A stretch of DNA of 61,321 nt from contig JBGPDH010000001.1 of the NCBI GenBank assembly GCA_041482195.1, positions 1 to 61,321 on the forward strand, given 5' to 3'. The position numbers and the translations under genes are program-made. Below, in pieces: positions 26,229 to 33,897 of the stretch; position 1 is the first letter of the stretch, and each line of letters begins with the position of its first letter. The notes beneath the pieces are model-generated. The model was given only the letters and a program-made list of their open reading frames with translations, did no database searches and had not been told where the DNA came from. This DNA comes from Verrucomicrobiia bacterium. Its GTDB lineage: Bacteria > Verrucomicrobiota > Verrucomicrobiia > Limisphaerales > UBA11358.

Positions 26229-27725
26229 TCACCGTCTGCGAGAAGGAGACGCTGGCAGCGAGTTGGCCACGCGTCGGAAGTGGTAGCCAAGGATGGCGAG
26301 TTCGATGGCATGCGGGAACTGACGTGGATGCCGGATAAGTGTGCCCCAGAACAGCCGCCAATAGCTCACGCGCCCCCGGTGCCACACGCCCAGCACCCAG
26401 AAGGATTTCAGAAAAGCAATGATATCGGCGCGGGACAAGCGCAGGCGCGGCCCGGTCGGACGATGGCTCTTCAGAAACGTACGAATGCGCTGGTAGTAAT
26501 TGCGCGGCTCGTAAAGCTTCCTCACGAGATCGCGATAACCGGATTGTAAAAATTCACGGTTCAATTTGGGTTTGAAGTTCAGGGCGGCGTCGGTGTTGTT
26601 GCCGGTGCTTTCGGTTTCCAGGCGGCCCTCAAGCTTCAATCGCTGCCATAATCGCGTTTGTGGCAACGCGTTCAGCAAGCCCACCATCGCCGTCGCCACG
26701 CCGGAACGCTGGATGAACTCGAACTGCCGCTTAAAGATGTCGCTCTTGTCGCTGTCAAACCCGACGATGAACCCGGCCATGACCTCCAGCCCGGCGCGTT
26801 GCAGCGTCTGCACCGAGGCAACGAGGTCGCGGTTCCGGTTCTGGAGCTTGTGACATTCCTCCAGCGACTCGACCGATGGCGTTTCGATGCCGACAAAAAC
26901 CTTTTTGAAGCCGGCCTCCACCATCAGCGCGCACAATTCCGCATCATCGGCGAGGTTCATGGACGCCTCCGTGAGAAATCCGATCCGGGTCCGCGTGCGC
27001 CGCCGCCATTCAATCAATTCGCGCAACAGCGCCTTCGTCCGCGGTTTATTGCCGATGAAATTGTCGTCCACCACGAAGACCATGTCTTTCCAACCGCGCC
27101 GGCATAGTCCGTCCAATTCGGCAATCAATTGCGCCGGCGTTTTCATCCGGGGCACGCGTCCATTCATGACGATGATGTCGCAAAATTCGCAATCAAACGG
27201 GCAGCCGCGTGAGAATTGCACCGACATCGTCACGTAATGCCGCAGATTGATGAGGTCCCAGCGCGGCGCGGGGGTGCGGGTAATGTCCGGTCGGCTGGTG
27301 GCGCGATAAACGGGTTGCAACCGGCCGCTCTGCATGTCCGCCACCACCCGGGGCATCACTTCCTCGGCTTCGCCCAGGACAAAATGCTGAATTTCCGGGA
27401 ATGCCTCGTGTCCGGTGGTGAACAGCGGCCCGCCGGCGATGACCGTTTTTTTCAACGTCGCGCACCGCGCAATTACTTCATGGACGGATTCTTTTTGCAC
27501 GATCATCGCGCCCACCATTACGTAATCCGCCCAACGCAGGTCTTCATCCTTGAGACGTTTCACATTAAGGTCCACCAGCCTGAGTTCCCATTCCGGCGGG
27601 AGCATGGCTGCCACCGTCATCAGTCCCAGCGGCGCCATGGCGGCTTTTCGAGAGACAAACTGCAAGGCGTGCTTGAAGCTCCAGAACGTATCGGGCGTTT
27701 TCGGGCTGACGAGAAGTATTTTCAT
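26229..27725 (-). CDS. B12-binding-domain radical SAM protein (DUF4070-type C-terminus)
   Basis: N-terminal cobalamin-binding-like fold (MKILLVSP ... MVGAMI) and radical SAM cluster SRGCPFDCEFCD. Confidence 0.85.
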   Translation of the reverse strand: MKILLVSPKTPDTFWSFKHALQFVSRKAAMAPLGLMTVAAMLPPEWELRLVDLNVKRLKDEDLRWADYVMVGAMIVQKESVHEVIARCATLKKTVIAGGPLFTTGHEAFPEIQHFVLGEAEEVMPRVVADMQSGRLQPVYRATSRPDITRTPAPRWDLINLRHYVTMSVQFSRGCPFDCEFCDIIVMNGRVPRMKTPAQLIAELDGLCRRGWKDMVFVVDDNFIGNKPRTKALLRELIEWRRRTRTRIGFLTEASMNLADDAELCALMVEAGFKKVFVGIETPSVESLEECHKLQNRNRDLVASVQTLQRAGLEVMAGFIVGFDSDKSDIFKRQFEFIQRSGVATAMVGLLNALPQTRLWQRLKLEGRLETESTGNNTDAALNFKPKLNREFLQSGYRDLVRKLYEPRNYYQRIRTFLKSHRPTGPRLRLSRADIIAFLKSFWVLGVWHRGRVSYWRLFWGTLIRHPRQFPHAIELAILGYHFRRVANSLPASPSRRR

Positions 27726-27797
27726 TAGAACTATCTATATTCAGCAGGGTAACTGTAAGTCCGATTTAACGCAGTGACGAGCTAAATTACATATATT

Positions 27798-28553
27798 TTA
27801 TTCACCGATTTCGATGCCAACGGGACAGTGATCGGAACCTGGCACGTCCGGCCGGATGAAAGCCCGTTGAAGGCGCGGGCGCAGTGATTTGGAAACGAGA
27901 AAATAGTCAATGCGCCAGCCGACATTGCGGGAACGCGCACCACCCATCTGGCTCCACCAGGAGTAATGCCCCCCGGCCTTTTCAAATTCACGGAAGGTAT
28001 CAAGGAAACCGGACTGGACAAAGGCGCTGAAGCCGGCGCGTTCCTCCGGCGTGAAACCGTGGTTGTGGACATTGGCCTTCGGATTGGCCAGGTCAATTTC
28101 GGTGTGCGCCACGTTGAGGTCACCGCAAAAAATCACCGGTTTTTGTTGCTCCAGTTTTTTCAGATAGCGCAAAAAATCACGATCCCATTTCTGGCGGTAG
28201 GTTAACCGTGACAAATCCCGTTTGGCATTGGGCACATAGACGTTCACCAGAAAGAAATCGGCGAACTCGGCGGCCAACACGCGACCTTCCTGGTCGTGTT
28301 CAGCAATGTCGATGTGCGGCACCACCTTGACCGGACGTGTCCGGGTGAAAATCACCGTGCCGGAATAACCCTTCTTTTCGGCGCTGTTCCAGTAGGTGGT
28401 ATACCCTGCCGGCCAGAGCTGTTCGACATCGTTCGGACCGCACCTGGTTTCCTGCAGGCAAAGCACGTCGGGTTTCTCAGCTTCCAGATAGTCGAGGAAA
28501 TTTTTCTTCAGCACGGCGCGCAGGCCATTGACGTTCCAGGAAATTAATTTCAC
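27798..28553 (-). CDS. xth: Exodeoxyribonuclease III
   Basis: VKLISWNVNGLRA ... LCLQETR ... CGDLNVAH ... GSDHCPV. A GTG start is chosen because the longer ORF to 29231 translates intergenic repeats and runs antisense through the IscA-family gene. Confidence 0.88.
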   Translation of the reverse strand: MKLISWNVNGLRAVLKKNFLDYLEAEKPDVLCLQETRCGPNDVEQLWPAGYTTYWNSAEKKGYSGTVIFTRTRPVKVVPHIDIAEHDQEGRVLAAEFADFFLVNVYVPNAKRDLSRLTYRQKWDRDFLRYLKKLEQQKPVIFCGDLNVAHTEIDLANPKANVHNHGFTPEERAGFSAFVQSGFLDTFREFEKAGGHYSWWSQMGGARSRNVGWRIDYFLVSKSLRPRLQRAFIRPDVPGSDHCPVGIEIGE

Positions 28554-28568
28554 GCGCGGAGAATAAAC

Positions 28569-28680
28569 CACGGATGAACACGGATAAACACGGATTTGCC
28601 AATTCCTCTGAATCTTAATCTTTCTCTTAATGATAATCCACGGAAGGATTAAGAGTATGATTAAGAGCAAGATTAAGCGG
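28569..28680. repeat. Phased low-complexity repeat block (10-nt CACGGAT units plus GATTAAG units)
   Basis: CACGGATGAA CACGGATAAA CACGGATTTG (28569-28598), then CTTAATC/GATTAAGAG copies in inverted and direct orientation up to 28680. Confidence 0.8.
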
Positions 28681-28730
28681 TAAGGCGCGTTGACGCTAAC
28701 GCGTTGAGCGACTAACTTGCTGCATAACAA

Positions 28731-29114
28731 ATGATCGCACGCACTGCCCAGCCACAAAGCACTCAGCCGGCTTTCCGCGTCGGTGACGAGCGTCTGGTCA
28801 AACTCACGCCGAGTGCGGCCCAAAAGGTCACCGCCTTGCTGACCAAACAGGGCCGGCCCGGCGGCGTCCTGCGGGTGGCGGTGGTAGGCGGCGGATGCTC
28901 GGGTTTGCAGTACAAAATGGATTTGCAGGACGCGCCGGCCAACCGGGATATTCTCGTCGAATCCAGCGGGGTGCGGGTGGTCGTGGATCCCAAAAGTGCG
29001 CTTTACGTGACCGGCAGTGAGCTGGATTACCTCGACACACTGGATGGCGGGTTCAAGGTAAAAAATCCAAACGCCGCGACGTCCTGTTCCTGCGGTGAGA
29101 GCTTTAGCGCTTGA
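28731..29114 (+). CDS. HesB/IscA/ErpA-family iron-sulfur cluster insertion protein
   Basis: GGGCSGLQYKM and C-terminal SCSCGESF cysteine triad. Confidence 0.88.
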   Translation: MIARTAQPQSTQPAFRVGDERLVKLTPSAAQKVTALLTKQGRPGGVLRVAVVGGGCSGLQYKMDLQDAPANRDILVESSGVRVVVDPKSALYVTGSELDYLDTLDGGFKVKNPNAATSCSCGESFSA

Positions 29115-29119
29115 ATTCG

Positions 29120-29216
29120 AAAACATCGAACATTCAACATCCAACGCCCAACTTCCAAGAAATAGCACGCCGGCATTATCGGATGTTCGAGCTTGAATGT
29201 TGAATGTTGGGAGTTC
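29120..29216. repeat. Heptad-phased inverted repeat between the IscA-family and J-domain genes
   Basis: Left arm GAACATT CAACATC CAACGCC CAACTTC (29126-29157). Right arm GGATGTT CGAGCTT GAATGTT GAATGTT GGGAGTT (29181-29216). AACATTCAACAT pairs with ATGTTGAATGTT. Confidence 0.8.
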
Positions 29217-29229
29217 CCACCATCTCCAC

Positions 29230-29832
29230 ATGATGGACTATTTCGCCTTGTTGAAAGAACCGCGCCGACCGTGGCTGGAACCGGGAGCGCTCAAAGCGAA
29301 ATTTCTGGCGCTGGCGGCGGAAGCGCATCCGGACAAACAGCAAACCGAAAGTGAAGCCGAAAAACTCGCGGCCAGCCAGCACTATGCGGAGCTGAATGCC
29401 GCCTATCATTGTCTCGCCGAACCCAAATCCCGATTGTTCCACCTGCTGGACCTGGAACAAGGCGCGAAACCCGCAGAGATCCAGCGAATTCCCGACGCGC
29501 TGGCCGATGTATTCGCGGGAGTGGCGACAACCTGCCGGAACACCGATAATTTTCTGAATGAGAAAAAAAAACTGACTTCCCCATTGTTACAGGTTCAACA
29601 GTTTGAGCGGTCCCAGGAATGGGTGGAACAGTTGCGTAACCTGCAAGCCAGACTCGCCGGGCTGCACAACAAACTGGTTGAGGAATTGAAGCAGCTCGAT
29701 GCCTCATGGAGGTCCCAAACCAGCGACCGAACCGTCTTGTTGAATCGACTGGAGGAACTTTATCGTCTGTTCGGCTATTTCAACCGCTGGAACAGCCAGA
29801 TTCAGGAACGGATTGTCCTGCTATCGCTATGA
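29230..29832 (+). CDS. J-domain co-chaperone, HscB-like
   Basis: MMDYFALL ... KFLALAAEAHPDK (HPD motif) with a helical C-terminal domain, directly downstream of the IscA-family gene. The start is moved out of the repeat. Confidence 0.7.
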   Translation: MMDYFALLKEPRRPWLEPGALKAKFLALAAEAHPDKQQTESEAEKLAASQHYAELNAAYHCLAEPKSRLFHLLDLEQGAKPAEIQRIPDALADVFAGVATTCRNTDNFLNEKKKLTSPLLQVQQFERSQEWVEQLRNLQARLAGLHNKLVEELKQLDASWRSQTSDRTVLLNRLEELYRLFGYFNRWNSQIQERIVLLSL

Positions 29833-30659
29833 AATGCCCGCAAAATCTGTGGCAAACAGCATCCCGGAGCGCAGACAGCCATGTCCGCGACCACACCGGC
29901 GGCAACTATTTGCGGACAAAGCTATCCGTGCTCCCATTTCAGAGGGATGGCACGACAAAAGTTGCAATTCGCCTACTTATTTGCGTGTGGCTATTTGCCA
30001 CAGGTTCGACCGGTTGGACACAAGAGACCTGGCAAGAGGCGTTAAGCCGGATGCCGTTGGGGACCAACACAACGGAGTTGAACCGGACGAATTGTGTAAC
30101 GCTGATGCTCGACACCTTTCAATCCAACGCCGTCGTGAAAGCGCTTGTTTTGATGCCGGGTGCCACGGACGAACTCTATTTCTACCGCAGGGTTCATGCG
30201 GCGTTGACCAACGCCCATCCGTCTTTGCTGGACGCGGTCGTGGCATTGACCAACCAGACTTACCTCCGGGCTACGTTTCAGTCCCCCTTGCTGTTGCTGC
30301 ACACGAGCGAAGACGCGCTCGAGGTCATCACGACGGTAAAAAACAAATCGACGGCAGCCAAACTCCGCAAAAAGCTGATTTCCGACCGGCTGGAATTTAA
30401 TGACGCCGGCTGGGACGAGCTGCGGGCGGTCTTGAATAAGAAAATGGGTGTTGGCCTGCGACCTTTTTCAAACTCACCGGAATCCGGGCATTTTTACCGC
30501 CACAATTTCGTGGCGTGTGGCGCGACGGAATGGGAAACGTTGGAAGCGATTGCCCTGACCGACAAAACCACATTCACGGTACACTGGTTGACCGTGCATT
30601 TTCAAATTGACGGGCGCAGCGGCATAGTGCCGGGAATCAAGAATCTCCAGGCGCCTTAA
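29829..30659 (+). CDS. Hypothetical protein, probably secreted
   Basis: Long ORF with a hydrophobic segment AIRLLICVWLFATGSTGW. The start is very uncertain, because the first ~45 codons overlap repeat-like DNA. Confidence 0.45.
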   Translation: MKCPQNLWQTASRSADSHVRDHTGGNYLRTKLSVLPFQRDGTTKVAIRLLICVWLFATGSTGWTQETWQEALSRMPLGTNTTELNRTNCVTLMLDTFQSNAVVKALVLMPGATDELYFYRRVHAALTNAHPSLLDAVVALTNQTYLRATFQSPLLLLHTSEDALEVITTVKNKSTAAKLRKKLISDRLEFNDAGWDELRAVLNKKMGVGLRPFSNSPESGHFYRHNFVACGATEWETLEAIALTDKTTFTVHWLTVHFQIDGRSGIVPGIKNLQAP

Positions 30660-30805
30660 CCACCCGTTAAAAAGGTAGCCGCCGATGTGAATCGGCGGAG
30701 TAACACCTTATTTCGAGCGATTCCGCGGATTGATCCCGCAACGCGGGACGGCTACAAGCAAGTGATGGTTCTTTAACGGGCTGCTAGAGCGATTCCATCT
30801 TTCAC

Positions 30806-30883
30806 GTAGCGCAGACATTCTTGTCCCGTGTTTGCGGCGACGGGAAAGTCGCCGAAACCCGCAGGCTGGAAAGCCTGCGCTAC
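30806..30883. repeat. REP-like composite hairpin element (family 1), inverted orientation
   Basis: GTAGCGC (30806-30812) ... GCGCTAC (30877-30883). Its reverse complement aligns with 7246-7347 (GCAGGCT-ttcc-AGCCTGC, GGCGACT-ttcc-CGTCGCC, GGGACA-agaa-TGTC). Confidence 0.85.
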
Positions 30884-30901
30884 ATCATAACGGAAAACAC
30901 T

Positions 30902-33100
30902 CTAAGTTTCCGGCTGAAAAACCAAAACGCTTAAGGGAGGCAGACACAATTCTGCCGAACAAGGCTGGCTGTGGCACGGGTGGTTTTCAGTCGTGACCAC
31001 CCCGAGATTTCCCTGGTTACTGCCGCCGTAAATGGCCGCATCGCTATTCAACAACTCGCGCCAGCGTCCGGCACGCGGCAACCCAATGCGATATCTTTCC
31101 CGCAAAACCGGCGTCAGGTTCAGGATCACCGCCAACGGGTTGGACCCGTCCGCGGACTGACGGACGAACGACAAGACACTGTTGTCGCGGTCCGTGCAAT
31201 CGATCCAGTAAAAACCGGCATGGTCGTAATCCGCCTGCCAGAGTCCGGGCGCGGCAACGTAGAACCGGTTTAAATCCTCGATAAATTTTTGCAGGCCGCG
31301 ATGGTAGAGCCCAGCCTCGAGGAGCCACCAGTCCAGCTGGCCGTTTTCGTTCCATTCGGCGCGCTGGCCGAATTCGCCGCCCATGAACAGGAGTTTCTTG
31401 CCGGGAAACAACCATTGATAGGCGAGCAACGTGCGCAGGTTGGCAAATTTCTGCCAGTCATCACCCGGCATCCGGCCAATCAACGACCCCTTGCCGTGAA
31501 CGACCTCATCGTGAGAAAGCGGCAGGATAAAATTCTCGTGATGGTGATACAGCATCGCGAAGGTGAGATCATTCTGATGATATTTCCGATGAACCGGTTC
31601 GCGGCTGAAATAGCCGAGCGTGTCGTGCATCCAGCCCATGTTCCATTTGAAGGAAAAGCCCAGTCCACCCAGATACGGCGGCCGGGTCACGAGCGGCCAG
31701 GCAGTCGACTCTTCGGCAATCGTCATCACCCCGGGGAATTCCGTGTAGGTGATGTGATTGAACTTTTTCAAGAACTCAATCGCTTCGATGTTTTCGCGCC
31801 CGCCGAACCGGTTCGGAATCCATTCGCCTTCTTTGCGCGAGTAATCGAGGTAAAGCATCGAGGCCACGGCGTCCACGCGCAAACCGTCCACGTGAAAGCG
31901 GTCGCACCAGAACAACGCGTTGGCGACCAGAAAATTGTTAACCTCGTGACGGCCATAATTGAAAATGAGCGTACCCCAATCCTGATGCGCGCCTTTGCGC
32001 GGGTCCTCGTGTTCGTAGAGCGCTGTGCCGTCGAAACGCGCGAGCGCCCAGTCGTCACGGGGAAAATGCGCCGGCACCCAGTCAATAATAATGCCGATGC
32101 CGGCCGCGTGCAGCGTATTGACCAGAAACTGGAAATCATCGGGCGTGCCGTAGCGGCTGGTCGGGGCGTAAAAACCGGTTACCTGATAACCCCATGAAGG
32201 ATAAAAGGCGTGTTCGGCCGGGGGCATCAATTCAACATGGGTGAACCCCATGCGCTTGACGTATTCCGCGAGCGGAGCGGCGAGTTCGCGATAACTCAAT
32301 GATTCGGTCGGGGATTTCTTCCGCCAGGAACCGGGGTGCACTTCGTAAATACTGACCGGTGAACGGAGCGGCGCTTGCTCCCGGCGGTGTTTCAGCCAGG
32401 CGTCGTCCGTCCACTTGAACTTCTTGTTGTTCCAAACGATGGCGGCATTCTTCGGCGCCACCTCAAAGAAGAAACCGAATGGATCCGTGTTTAATTTGAT
32501 GTTCCCGTGCACGTCCCGGATTTCAAACTTGTAATGGGCCCCCTCGCCGACGCCGGGAATGAAAATTTCCCAGACCCCGGATGCGCCGAGCAGACGCATG
32601 GGATGAAAACGGCCGTCCCAACGATTGAAATCACCGACGACACTGACGCGCTGCGCGTTCGGTGCCCAGACGGCAAAACTGACGCCGTGGACGCCGTCAA
32701 TCACCCGCAACTGCGCGCCCAGTTTTTCGTAGATTTTCCGCTCGTCGCCCTTGCCAAACAGGAACAAATCCGATTCGCCGAGCGTGGGCAGAAACGAAAA
32801 GGCGTCGCGCGTCCGACGCGCCTCGCCCTGATGGGTGGTGACGACCAAATCGTAGGCGTAAACCTTGTTCGCCGACCGGGTGATGCCCTCAAAAACATCC
32901 GTTCCGGGAAGCCGCTGAAGCGCAAAATGCGGTTTGTTTTTTTCGTGGACGGGCTGGATTTCAACCCGGTCGGCGTCGGGCAGCAAAGCGCGGACGACGA
33001 GGCCCGAACCGTCGCCGAGCGGCTGCATGCCCAGCAATGAGTGAGGCGATTGATGTATCAACTCAACCAGGCTGTGCAATTCGTCGGGTGTGAGAATCAT
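30902..33100 (-). CDS. glgB: 1,4-alpha-glucan branching enzyme
   Basis: 732 aa. GH13 blocks GIGIIIDWVPAHF, VDGLRVDAVASMLY and MTIAEEST, plus an N-terminal CBM48-like region. Confidence 0.95.
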   Translation of the reverse strand: MILTPDELHSLVELIHQSPHSLLGMQPLGDGSGLVVRALLPDADRVEIQPVHEKNKPHFALQRLPGTDVFEGITRSANKVYAYDLVVTTHQGEARRTRDAFSFLPTLGESDLFLFGKGDERKIYEKLGAQLRVIDGVHGVSFAVWAPNAQRVSVVGDFNRWDGRFHPMRLLGASGVWEIFIPGVGEGAHYKFEIRDVHGNIKLNTDPFGFFFEVAPKNAAIVWNNKKFKWTDDAWLKHRREQAPLRSPVSIYEVHPGSWRKKSPTESLSYRELAAPLAEYVKRMGFTHVELMPPAEHAFYPSWGYQVTGFYAPTSRYGTPDDFQFLVNTLHAAGIGIIIDWVPAHFPRDDWALARFDGTALYEHEDPRKGAHQDWGTLIFNYGRHEVNNFLVANALFWCDRFHVDGLRVDAVASMLYLDYSRKEGEWIPNRFGGRENIEAIEFLKKFNHITYTEFPGVMTIAEESTAWPLVTRPPYLGGLGFSFKWNMGWMHDTLGYFSREPVHRKYHQNDLTFAMLYHHHENFILPLSHDEVVHGKGSLIGRMPGDDWQKFANLRTLLAYQWLFPGKKLLFMGGEFGQRAEWNENGQLDWWLLEAGLYHRGLQKFIEDLNRFYVAAPGLWQADYDHAGFYWIDCTDRDNSVLSFVRQSADGSNPLAVILNLTPVLRERYRIGLPRAGRWRELLNSDAAIYGGSNQGNLGVVTTENHPCHSQPCSAELCLPPLSVLVFQPET

Positions 33101-33157
33101 GCCGACCCAACCTAACAGAAGGATCTGTTAAAAGGAAATGTTCTTCCCGGGGAACGG

Positions 33158-33745
33158 CTACCATTGCGCGAGGATTCGTTCAATCTGTTCTGCATGGGCC
33201 TCCGGTGAACCATCGGTCCAGACGACAAAATTGGAGCGCGCGATTTTCTGTGCAACGGGCCATTGGGCGGCGAGGCGTTGTTGGATTTGTTCCGGTGTCC
33301 AATCCCGTTCCAATAGCCGTTGGCGCTGGTTTACCGGAGAGCAGGCGACGCAAACGGTTTTGTCAAAATACGATTCGGCCCGGGTTTCGAAAAGCAACGG
33401 GATGACCACCACAGCCAATGATTGATTTTCCCGGCGCCAGGTTTCGAGCTCCGAGAGCCAGCCTTCGCGTATACGCGGGTGAAGAATGTTTTCAAGCTGC
33501 TGGCGGGCGACGGAATCGGCGAAAACGATTTGAGCCAATGCCTCACGGCGCAGGTGGCCGTCACTGGAAACAATGTCGTCGCCAAAAAGCGATCGGATTT
33601 CTCCCAAAGCCGGCTGACCGGGTTCGACGAGCCGATGCGCCAGTTCGTCGGTATCCACGACCTGCGCACCGTGCTGGCGGAGAAATTGCGCGGCAGTGGA
33701 TTTGCCCATCCCGATGCCACCGGTCAGTCCCAACAGCTTCATCAA
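33158..33745 (-). CDS. coaE: Dephospho-CoA kinase
   Basis: LLGLTGGIGMGKST P-loop, 195 aa. Confidence 0.92.
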   Translation of the reverse strand: MMKLLGLTGGIGMGKSTAAQFLRQHGAQVVDTDELAHRLVEPGQPALGEIRSLFGDDIVSSDGHLRREALAQIVFADSVARQQLENILHPRIREGWLSELETWRRENQSLAVVVIPLLFETRAESYFDKTVCVACSPVNQRQRLLERDWTPEQIQQRLAAQWPVAQKIARSNFVVWTDGSPEAHAEQIERILAQW

Positions 33746-33897
33746 GACGATGATAAAGCCTGGATTTATTTGCGCGACGAGAAATTACAGTAAAGCACCT
33801 GTCATTGGCATGTCTGACTCGAAACCCCTACCATGAAACAACTGGCGCAGCATCCGGTGGAAGATCCGCCGTTAGTTTGAGAGGGACCTGAGTCAGG

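Noticed and set aside
26204-27797. RiPP-type precursor peptide next to the B12 radical SAM gene.
   Set aside because: The flanking gaps are 25 and 72 nt and contain no small ORF with a ribosome-binding context.
28569-28598. Could the phased repeat arrays (here, 50142-50171 and 2767-2826) be small CRISPR arrays?
   Set aside because: The units are 7-10 nt and directly abutting, with no unique spacers. There are only 3-5 units, and no cas genes are in the window.
28554-29231. 5' extension of the xth ORF to a 477-aa protein.
   Set aside because: The extension translates the CACGGAT/GATTAAG repeat block and runs antisense through the IscA-family gene. The Xth homology starts exactly at the GTG giving VKLISWNVNG.
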